Assembly: GCA_965285935.1 (NCBI GenBank)
Contig: OZ260663.1
Span: 63,116,001 to 63,180,000 of the forward strand
Reading direction: 5' to 3'
DNA: 64,000 nt
Source: Ophelia neglecta
Lineage: Eukaryota
This document shows, in pieces, positions 24,801 to 36,800 of the stretch. The notes beneath the pieces are model-generated. The model saw nothing but the letters and a program-made list of their open reading frames with translations, was not told where the DNA came from and made no database searches. Every line of letters begins with the position of its first letter. Position 1 is the stretch's first letter. The translations under genes were made by a program, and so were the position numbers.

Positions 24801-27800
24801 TACATGTACACACTCTATAGGTTCAAGGGGTCCTTAGAAGTTTGTTGATGTAATCTCAATGAATCAGAGCATTCTAGATTTCTTCAGATTGTTTTCATAG
24901 ATTGTGTGTAAACATATATCACTGTTTAGAATACTGTGCACATTGCTTCAGTTACCTTTAATTTACGGTGAAATTATGCTGTTTTTAAAGCATGGTAAAT
25001 GACTTCATAGAATTTATATGTACATAAGCATAACCCTCCCCCACCCCACCCCCTCCACTCCCACTATGAACTGTATTCATTAATGTTCATGTACAATATA
25101 CATGTACAGCATAGACTCTATTAACCGAACTTCTATTAACCAAATTTCTGGATCAACCGAATCGAATCCATGTCCCCCGAAAATAGCATATAAAATCTAA
25201 AAAATATGATTCCATCATATATTACTTCGGAAACAACAGGTTTAAATCAGGTGTATGTCACAGGTATTTGTATGGTGTTAGCTAATTGCAGTTCGGATGG
25301 GTGCCGCATTCGCACTTCCCGACAGCCTTACATATACAATGTAATCAAAGGCCGTCTACATAATGTGTCTGAGAATCGGCCCTTCTTTGATTAACACTGA
25401 TAGTCTTACGTCTAAGGCCTCCATGGACGACACAACTCACTTAAATCAGTGAACAAAATAACAGTAGAAGTGTCAGAAAGAACTCGCGATAAGCCACGCT
25501 CATGCAGCCTCGTTTTCAAGCTTTTCGGAACCGCCATGTTGGGAAGTATTTTCACGGATCGCATGGGCGAATCTCCAGCAATGTTGTCACTTGTCCCGAA
25601 TATCAGTTGTAAAGAGAACGAACTTTAAGTGGCATAATAATCCTCGTCAAGTATTTGTATGAAGTAAATCTGTAGAAACATTCACTGCTACTACTGCGTA
25701 TGCATTTCCAAGGCATTGTCAGACGGGAACTGAAAAAATGTACACGACCGATCTCCGAAGCTAGCTGATCTTTCAACTAGTATGTTTGTACCGATGAATA
25801 TACATTTACATGTAATTTTATTTTATTTGTCTTGTTTTCTGATAAATTCAGAAATCCATATCTAACTCAACCACAAAACCATATAATATCGTACTGAACT
25901 CCGCTGAATGAAATGGGGTGGGGGGGGGGGGACTCAATCAACCGAAACCCCTGTTAACCGAAGAAAATTGTTGTCCCCGGACGAGTTCGGTTAATTGAGT
26001 CTATGCTGTATGTGTAAACTGGGAATGTTAAAAGAAATCAAAGCATGTGGTCATTGGGTGAACCTGACATAGCAGCAGGTCAGGATGTGGTTTGCCTCAG
26101 AATGCACAAAAAATGTCTCATAATGAGGATGAAAAGTTCCTGCCTATTGAGAAGGTTACCACCATTCTTTCACACTCAGACCTATGGCCTTTCACACTGG
26201 ATTTTATTCATCTGGCCTTCCAACACTAAGCTTTGTAACCAATCAGCATCTTAAATATAAATATGCACTTAAAGTAACCATAAACATGAATGCCTGTTTT
26301 AAAGGCCCCAAAACAAGTGGCTGTTCAGTATTGTAGCCTGGCCATCCACACACAGCTGAATAGCAGTTAAAAGTGAAAGTAAATGAGTAAAAGTTCACAT
26401 GACCTTCCTTATCGGGATGATTATATGAAAAAACCCTGTTTATTCCAAGAGAGGAATCCTATTGCTTATCATATAGCACTATCTGTGTATGTGTGTAAAG
26501 GTAAGGGTTAGCAGGGAGTGGTAGGGAAGATCTTATTTTAAAATCTATACAAGTTTTAATCAGAGGAGTGGGCTTATGAAGCTGGCAATAAACGCAAAAT
26601 GGTATTGTTGTATTTTACCTGTTTAATCTTTCTTCCATCAATAAAATAAACCCAAATCGATTTCAACAATAAAATAAACCCAATAAAATAAACCGAAATT
26701 GATTTCAACAATAAAATAAACCCAAATTGATTTTTCTAACTTTGCAATGACTATTTTGTTCACCAACTATTCCCTCTTCAATAAAACTTTATCTGGTCCT
26801 ATTGATACATTAAAATTGATTTCCAGCTCTTTAGAAATGTAAGCAAAGAAATCAGCTTTGCAAACAACAGGCACATTTTCCCCAGACACCACATGCATTG
26901 AAGTCTCGAACACATCCCACTTGCTTCATCTGTGCCTGGGTGAAGGGCATTAAAGCCTGTAAACATGCAAAGGTGGTTTTTGTTAGACCTGCTAAACCTG
27001 AATATACCACAATTTGCACAGCAAATGTTTACTACAGGCTTACAGGTTCCTGTAGGCTCATAGCTCTAACCAATCAAATAAAGGCTAGAATCGACATATT
27101 TGGAATTAACTTCTTTTTTTTTGGGGGGGGGGGGGGGATTTGACCCAAATATGAAGTCTAATCTTGTACATAACCGGAATTGTTAATGCTATGGTATTCA
27201 AGAAGATTGAACAACATATTATACTTTTTAATTTTGTTGTTGTAAATGATCCCAATAACAGAATATTATTAGATTTCTCTTATATATATTATACTCGTGT
27301 ATATACTCTTCTTTCTGGTTACCCTTGCAATCAAACTATTTTGAGATGTAAGTAAGGTTTGGTATTAAAGCACAATTACATAACTTTTTCTTAAGTACAT
27401 TATGTTCTAGGTTTTTGAAAGTACAAATTTATCTGCCTATGCCAAACATTTTAATAGGTCAAGAAGGCCCTTAGGCTTGGCCATATGTAAGTGCAGTGGC
27501 TAAGGATGCATGCTTCCCTATACAATCCTCTATTGTTGTTCTAGAAAAGATGGATCTATAATATAAAGAACCTGTAGGAGCTAAGCTTCCCATGTAAATT
27601 AGTTTCATATATAAACATTGACTGCAGACTTACCTCTATGGTGCTTTTGGCAGTCGATGATGCCTTCTTGGAGAACTCTTTCAACTTTTGAGACAGGCTT
27701 CGCTTGGCCTCAGCCAGCGTGTTGCTGTCCAGAAAAGTGACAGGAGTAGGGGCGGTAGGCTCTCGTACCACACCACATGGAGGGCTCTGAGAGGGATGTT

Positions 27801-30800
27801 TAGCCCTGACACTCAGAGCTGGGGATTTTCTATGCAAAGGTAGTGTAGGAGACACTGGGGGAGGAGTGGAGGCAACTGTTGGAGATGGGGGAGAAATCAA
27901 CTGGCTGCATTGTCCTGAGGATTCCATGCCTCCTGCAGAAGGACGCTTAGCTTTGCCAGCATTGCGGTTTCCTCCTGATGAAAGTGCAGTTCTTTTAGCG
28001 GGTGTTGATGTAGACAGCTGTAACTGTACTAACATCATGTGCTCTCCTAGCCTCATGGCTAGAGTCAGGGGGGATTTGCCTGTCAGGAAGTCATTCACCT
28101 GGAGAATAAATGCAAGAAATTAATAAAAGTGTTTGTTAAAAGCTTAATTACAATGCCCTTTTCAGGGATTGTAAAGAAACATAATGAAGAGTAAGTATCC
28201 AGCACATCTTAAATTTAAGTAAAAAATAAATCCATTTACCAATAATCAGATTATTAATTATGGACTGGTAGAATACCAAGGATTGTTTCGACTTGCAGGA
28301 ATGTTTTATGAACATATTGCTTTCACTATTCCACTTCCATGGTTGAAATGGGCACAGGTTGCAAAACATATATTCTTAACTACATTTTTATGACTGGAAA
28401 GCTAAGAAGTCTTCATTGTACATATGATTGTATACACAATCTGTGAAAGGTGGATGAATAATGCATTCATTTGCAAAGGGTAAATTGTATGCATTTCATG
28501 TTTAAAGAAGCAAAAACAAGGGTGGATGGTTGGTGGAGCAATGGCAGCTGACATGATTAGACACCAACATGATTAGATAACCCAGCCATCTTTATTAATA
28601 TCAAGCTGGGCTTCAAGTGTGGCCATTGAAACATGACCATATTACAACATGATACTTGCTGTCACAAACAATCTTTGCCTAAACATCCCTAACTTTAAAT
28701 ATTGTACTCATATTTGGGATCTTCCAACTGCACAAATACAGTATGAAAATTATATGGTTACCTTTAACAGGAGTAATGGCCTTCCTGTGCTTAAAAGTGT
28801 TGGAAGAACTTGTCCAAATGAAGTCATCCATGCCACGAACACATGCACTTCATAATAGAGAATCAGCCCCTCTAACTTGCTAGTGCGGAGCATTTTGTTG
28901 TCAAACAGATGTGAACTGTAGCAGACACCCTTTCAATTTCAAAAAGCATGCATGTTTGATTTTTACTGAAACCCAGAAGTAGCGCTGCACAATCTTCCTT
29001 GGAATGATTAAAGAATCTGAATTGTCATCTACATGTAACCACCAAGTTACTTCCAACAAATCATATTAAGCAGTAGTAAAGTTAAACTTGGATGACCGCC
29101 ATTTTGCATCATGTGTTACAATGATCGTTTGACACACTGTTCTACCCATGTACCCAGGAGATAAGATGAAAACCTACATGTAAACATGGAAAATAAAGAC
29201 GCTTGCTAGTTTTATTTCCATAAGAAACTTTGTTAGATTTAAAATGGCAAGTGTACCACAAATAAGTTGGTCACTTGAAGGAAATGATTAAAAAATACCT
29301 TAATGGTATACTTAAATATACATATATGTATATGCAAAGTTGAAAGTGTTTTAGATAAGATGGCAGCATGTTATTATTACTTGCCATTACCACTTGTGTT
29401 AAGTCATCTCACTTATACAGGTACATATACATGTACATGTACATGACAAAAATAAATGCATTCAACTCTGGCTGCACCAATGTATGTCACCATTTAATGA
29501 AATAAGCAAAAACAGCCTCTGCATGTCATGTATAATAAGCTCCATATAGGAACCAGTTATCACTCTGAAGTGGAGGCATTGTAAGATAAAAAGTACATAG
29601 AAATCAAAAGTGTTCTATCTCCATTCATTGTGAGGTCATGCCCTAGGTCACACAAACCACACAAACCAGTCACCTCAAATTGGTTCTCACAGATCATGCC
29701 TCAAGCCCTTCTTGCCTGGCTTGGTGTTGGCGGCTTGTGGTTTCTGTGGTTGGCTGATATACCAAACTTGTTATGTTGCTGTCTCTTTAGGTTAATGATA
29801 CCAAAGTGAGTAATAAAAACCGTACACAAATATTATTTATTTTGCTGCAGTAACTTTTCAAACCCCTTTTTACAATAGGAACTATTCTAGGCATTTGACA
29901 AGTTATATAACCAAACGTATATGATTATACCAATACATAATTGACCAGCACGTAAAATACTCCTAACATTGTCTGTCTGGGATAACCTTAGTATTAGAAA
30001 ACTGCAATTGGATAGGTTGTAATAATCTAAAAAATATTAAAGCGTAGGAAGTGAATTGGATTAACAGAGATTGCTGTTGAGGACATCTACTATATATACT
30101 CCCACGCAGCCTGTGTCAATTGATCTGCTACTGATGGTAGTTGGAGGCTGACCAGTTGGCCGAATTTGCTGAACAAGAATTCTCTCCGCAGACTTGATAG
30201 GAGGCCAAATGCTAGCAGAGATTTAGTGAAGCTTTATCCTTAAGACTTTTAGCTTGCGTGGGTTTCATCTACAGGAATTTATTCCTCTTGTTGTGCTACT
30301 GATTTATTTAGCCGCAGATTAAAAACATGAAGCTTTAGTAGTTTGTTTTTTGTTGTTGTTATAGTAGAGTGCCATTCATTTCTACACTTCTGGTTGCCTG
30401 TGTCCTCAATGACTCTGTGTGGGCGGCTAGTATAAATACCAAACCAGTTAGCTGACAACAACATGGCGAAACCTTACAAACCACAATGAACATTGCTGGT
30501 TGCAGCAGGATTTCTTGTGGTTTGGTTGTACCATTATACAAGTAAAATAGCTAAAGTAGTGAAACTGAATTACAGTGATTTATAACAGTTTCAGAGTTTA
30601 TTGGGAATTTTTGCCTTGTGATTATTTAGCTTCTTTCATTGATACATTGAAATAGCTAGAAATACAGGATATGCATGTAAACATTTCGGCCATGTGCTTT
30701 AAGGCATATACATGCATTTCATTTTGACCATCTTAAACTTAAAAAGAATTGCAAATCCCTACATATACATATTCATTACTAAAGCCTGGTCCACTACAAT

Positions 30801-33800
30801 TTGTACTTTTACTGTAATCACAGTACAAAGTATTTGTTAAATAAAAATATTAAGATTTTCCACATTTGTTCGTCCCAATCTTTGGGAGAGGCTGGCTTCC
30901 CTTTCAAATTTTTATGTAAAGCACAATGTGTTCAATTTAGTAGTAGTTCTGTAGAGGAATATTAGAGATAATGGTGGCACAAATGCTTTTCCAGCCACCA
31001 ATCCTGCAAAATTATTGGAATCTAGTTGTGCATCTTCTGTCACCAGTGAAAGTCACCTAGAGTTCACTGGCTAATTTCGTTGCCCTGCTCCAGTAACAGA
31101 GAAGGTACTCCCAAGGCTCATCTTGCATAATGAGTGCAGTGACTGTATAAACATGCACTAGCTGCCCCATCCAATCAATACTTCACCTTAATTCTGCAAT
31201 CCCACAACCATCCTTTGTTCTGCCAACATTTCTTGACTCTGGATGCATGCTTTCACTAAGCATTAGTTTTCCTGAATGGTAATGTCAGACTATAAAACAC
31301 AATTTAATATGTGGTGTGTTTTGCTTATGTTCTGCAGTATCTGCTGAAGAAATGGAGGAAATGTTAGTGAACCTTTGTCCTCCACCAGGAGAAAGACAAT
31401 GGTTAATATGAGATATACATGTACCTAGTAACATTTCCATCAAACCACTATGAATGTAAATCACCAAGTACAAAGATGACACTTTTGATATAGCTAAGTG
31501 TCCATCATGGCAATGCAAAATAAGTTGAATGTACATAACCAAAATACATACATGTGATATACAAGTTTCTCAAAGTTGTCAGCGGTTTGATAGGTTCAAA
31601 TTTACTTATTGATGATTACATCCAAACCTCGGATCAAATTCAATGCTCCATTGTGAATTCTCCATCAGACTGGGTAAACAGCCGAAGGGAACATGCCAGG
31701 CGGTGAGCCCAGACTCACCCACAGAGAAGGGGATACAAGGCCGTACCGCCCACACAGACGAAATACTCAGCCCAACTGGTCTCATCTGAAAGGACAGGGA
31801 GGTGGGCACAGAATTCTTGCGTGGGAGCAAGATTCAGAACAAGCTGGCCTTTCACCAAGTTTACATCATCATTGGCATCAATCCTTCTCCTGGCATCAAT
31901 TACAAACCCATGTACCAACCTTACAGCATTGTGCTTGCTGTATGATTTTATCCACGATATTCTACATTGTTGACCTACCAAATAACATGCAGGTTCAATG
32001 TAACCAAATGACAAGATTAAACCAGAGAGGCAGCAATGACGTCAGACCATTGCCAAACATGAGACACAAGCTTAGAAATGTCTAAGAAAATCCTTCGAGG
32101 AGATTAGAAAAACTATCATTAACCTCTTAGATGCAAGGATCAAGAACATTGAAATACAAGACCACATTGGTCCCTTTCTTAAGTGGAATCAAAAGCTAGG
32201 GCAATGTTAGTTCCTCTAAGGACAGATATTGGTTGTGTTGAAACTGACCTACAATTATTCGCATACATGTACATGTACAACAAAAGCCACAAATTGCATT
32301 AATTAATAGAACTTGAACTAAATAATCCTTATTATCATTTGCAAGCACTTTTGACTCTAATAACACCCTGGTAATTACTGTAATGAGGCAAGTTGCAAGA
32401 ATTGTTGGGGGCCTGCCTAGTTGGTTGTTCATCCTACTGGAACTAAAAGGGACAAGGGTCACACTGGTACCCTGGATAACAGCCATCCATTAAGGTCAAC
32501 CCTCACTGTTGCTTCTCATATCAGGGACAATGACCTATGAAGAGGGACACCCCTAGATCTGCTGATGAGCCTTACCAATGAGATATGTAGCTTTCCCAAC
32601 TAATGCTAATAACCTTTAAAGGTCTCCAATGACGTAAACGCCATAAAATAAGCCTCCATAAGGAACAAGTAACGTCTGCATTGTATGACATGAGCACTGA
32701 CAACACTGAAGGAGGCTCATGTAGAACTAGTCATCTCACATGTCTGTTAATTGCAGCATTTCATCAGAAAAACCATGTTATTGTGCAACAAAACATTGAA
32801 TAAATGGCAATATAATGAATAATAATAACAGAAAGATATTATTGTTAAACAGCAATTATAAACCTTTACCTAAAATCATTTATTTTTCTCTTCATGTACA
32901 AGATTATATAAAAGTTCTTTGAGACATCATAAAGTTATGACCAAAACATCACAGTTCCAGAAACACCATATTTCTGCTTCCTAATACATCATAGAGGTAT
33001 CTTGTGCTGGGCCAGTTTTATCAGAATAAATCAAGGTTGGAGTCCCTGGACTTCCACTTCCAATCATTACTGGTAGTTTTCTCCAGTTGATGTATGTTTT
33101 ATAATACAATGAATACTGTTGGCAACATGCCTAAGATGAAAAGTTCAATGCTCTATCCTAAATATCCCAAAATAAGCCTATATCTAAATGTGGGCATGTA
33201 AATTGCATTTGACATGAAGACTTGTACCCTTTCTATATGGGACACCCCCTGGTGGTCAGTAAATCCCTTTACTGTTACACCACAAAAGCGTGGCCGAGTG
33301 GTTAGGGTGTCCACCTCGCAAGTGGTGGATCGGGGTTTGAATCCCGATGGTGTCTAACTTTAGACGTAAAAATGGGTACTGATAGTTCCCCTGCCAGGCG
33401 CCCGGTATTTCAGGGGTAGTATCATACCTGGCCAATCCGGTGTCAGAATAATGTGACTGGGTGGGGTTCCCTGTCTGGTGTCTATGGCAGGTACTCCAGT
33501 GAGGCAGCACTCTAAAGAGGCCATTGGGCCCACTGTCACAAGTAGGCACCATGGTTTTAGGACCGATAAGTGTTGAAAGCCACGAAAAACCCCAAACAAC
33601 AACAACCTTTACTGTTACAAAATTCTTATAAAGGTGTCATGGGAATAAAACCAAGCTCACAACTATGTTCTTTAGTAATGTATCAGTCTATGGTAGTGAT
33701 TACTATACTTGGCATGCAAATCATGCAAATTTAAGACACCAGGAGCCACTGAACACCCACTTTTCTCAATATGATCTTGAAAAAGAAACCAAGTAGGGTA

Positions 33801-36800
33801 TGACATAACCTTTACAAACTATTTGCCTGAAACTTAATAGCTGAGTCTTGTGGTGTAAGACAGCTGTAAATGAAGCTGAAATTCACCTACCAGGCATTTT
33901 CACTTGCCCTTGGGCAGTTCCTTATGTAAGTCCTTACATGGGTAAAGTAAAGGTAACCAGTAGATACCTCATATTTAAATTCCTATTAGTTGTCATAACA
34001 TTTGATGGATATATCTTCCTCTATTCAGACAGCAGATGCCCTTGAATACCTGTTTTCTCAATATGATCTAATACAGAGAAGAGCAGGCAATGGCAAATTC
34101 AAGATACCATTAGGCTCCTTATATCCCAGCTCCATTTAGCTGTCAAAACACATGAAGTATCTATCTTGCACCGCCAGACACTGGAAGCCATTAAAAACCC
34201 TTTTCCTCAAAATAACCTTGAGCAAGAGGTCAATGATTAATTACCATACAATATCATATTGTGTTTTGTTGGTTTTTGTCCAATTATTCAGTTTAATATA
34301 CCAACATTTGTAATTTGTGGTCCTGAACCATTGATCCTCAGAGCATTTACATATTGAATTCATTCATGTACATGTACATGCACAAGTACATGACTAGTAA
34401 ATTCCCATGAATGAGCCCATTTTTGCACATACTGTAATGGTAAAATGTTTGCGGTGGTTTAAATTTTTGAATTTCGAGCAGCAGTATGGAAGAAAACTCA
34501 CGATAATAATATTTGCAAGTATGTATAAGACCTACATATCTCTGGCCAGGAAATAAAAATACTCAAGAGTGTCACTTATTCAAAAGTACTATTTAATCCC
34601 ACCAAAATGATTGCCATTAGAGTATAGTGTACTACATTCACCAAGTCTACCTTCACAGCTCATCATAGTGTCAAATTCTTCCATGATGTAGCAGTAGTAA
34701 AGTATGTTTATTGCTATGGGAGTGCCAAGTATTTACTAACTCTGTAGTCAGAATGAGAAAACAGAGCAAATAAAGCCTAGAAAAGACTAATAAAAACGTT
34801 TGAAATGGCAAAAACTTCTGAGCTAATTCATGGCTAATAATATCTAGTTCAGCAGTGAATCAGTTAAGCAATGATAACTATTTGCTACTCTTACTTGTGA
34901 ATCTGTTAAATTCTCCAGGGCCTGAAGTACAGAATGTTCTGGTTTCTGTGCCTGAAAATATATAATGAAAACTTGCATATCTTACGAATAAGTGACATTT
35001 TTACTTCAACATGTAATGAGAACAGTAACTAGGAAAACAAACCAATTTATTTCATATCCAGCATCTTTGTAGAGTAAACTGAGGGAATATACCATGCAAG
35101 CTTAAATGAAAACAGTAAAACTGTCTCAGTATACCATAAACATGAAGTTGTAGAAGTTTGAGCCATGCAATTTGGTTTGAGTAATATACTTGGTTATCTA
35201 ATAATTTTTCTAAGACTAAAATGCTGACTAAATGCATATGATATTTGGACTTTAACCGATATCTGAATTTGAAAAATTATTCTATATGGGAAACACAAAT
35301 ATATAAACCAAAGCAGGTGGTGAGAATGTAAGCTTGCTATTTTATTGTATCAATTACACATCAGTATGATAATATAGTTTTGCAGGATCAAGTATTCACA
35401 AGAGGCCACCCCAAATTTAGTGGAATGTTAAATTTGTAATAATTTAAAAGGTAACTTATAAAGGCACTATTGATATTATTCTTTTCATTTTCATGATATA
35501 CATATCATGTTTGCAAATCTTTTATCCTTTTGCAAACTAAGTGCATGTGAATTATCATGTTTTACATCAAGACACCCGCCCCCATTTATTCTTGTAGTGA
35601 GATCTGATATTAGCCTTATGCCTTCACCTGGAACTAGGTGCACCGATAGCATGTTTTAATTTCCTGGTAAACACATCAGGTACTAACCAAGGAGCACTTG
35701 TTGAACTGAAGTGCAACAAAGCAATGATATACTACAGATCTTAAAGACAGACTATCAGCTTTCTGTCATCTGAAGAACCCTTTGTTCATTCAACATCCTG
35801 TCATTTTACCCATAATCTCACAATAAACATACAAATTATCGCTATAATATTTCTACCCTCCCCCTCCCCCCAGCCAATTAGGTTAGGGAAACCCATACAT
35901 AAAGTAATTAAAACTTTGGACTATCAAAATGCCCTTGGTGGAGCATACTGTCTGTACCAGGAGCTGACCAAAGGCTGGACTATCAAAACACCCTTGACGA
36001 GCTAGACGTCTATACATGGGGCAAACAATATTAAACTAACCATTGCAAGACCAATCCCTTAACATGATTTTATAAACAAATATTGGCAATGCAATGAAAA
36101 AGTAAGTGTATCTTCCTGCACTCTCACATATATATCATATTTTCCACATCCTTTAAACATTTACTTCTTAACAAAGGACCTGCATGGCTTAGCATATGGC
36201 AAGACATTTTAAAGACAATAAGTATATTGGCAAGAGCATTCCAATTGCACACTTTTGTCATAAACGTGCCTAAGAAAGATACTTAAAAGAAAAATTATAT
36301 TAGAAATTAATAATAAGAATTGCCCTCTTTTACTATTCAATAGTGCCAGATATATAGTACAAAAAAAGTTTTGACAAGTTATGAGTTTTCCAGAAAGTAC
36401 CCCCAACAGGGAGCAGGCAGCAGCAGTTTTGGCCATAGGGTTAGAACTTGAACCCACAGAGATGGGAAAGAATAGCATTTTGTGTCTTGGGTCATTGAGA
36501 GCTACCAGTCTGTTGGAATTTTTGCCACCAAGTTACAAATGAAAGTTACATATATCCAATTTATAATTTTTTTTTGGTCTTTGTTTTTCAACACTAAAAT
36601 GTACATCCCCAAACAACAATTTGCAATGAACATTTACAATAACATGTATAAATAATTTGGATATCTTGACTTTTTGCATTTTTGCAATTCCTCCTGCAAA
36701 CAGATGATAATCATTTCAGCAAAATAAGACCTATATGTACATTATACATGTACTATTAATTTCCAAAAAGATTCCACAGATTTTTGTACTGATGAGTATT

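Noticed and set aside
27866-28123. Plus-strand ORFs overlapping exons (also 2138-2329, 15681-15971, 39392-39607)
   Set aside because: Antisense shadows of real minus-strand exons.
29791-29805. Plus-strand 15-nt microexon (TCTTTAG...GTGAGT)
   Set aside because: Antisense to midnolin with no partner exons; expected by chance.
32196-32486. ORF containing GTSVTLVP as a candidate midnolin exon 2
   Set aside because: The true exon 2 ([15 protein letters not shown]) is at 37090-37177 with correct phases; this one lacks suitable splice sites.
33286-33360. tRNA gene (A and B boxes), also at about 285-345 on the minus strand
   Set aside because: No complete cloverleaf; the sequence continues into a SINE body with tail and TSD.
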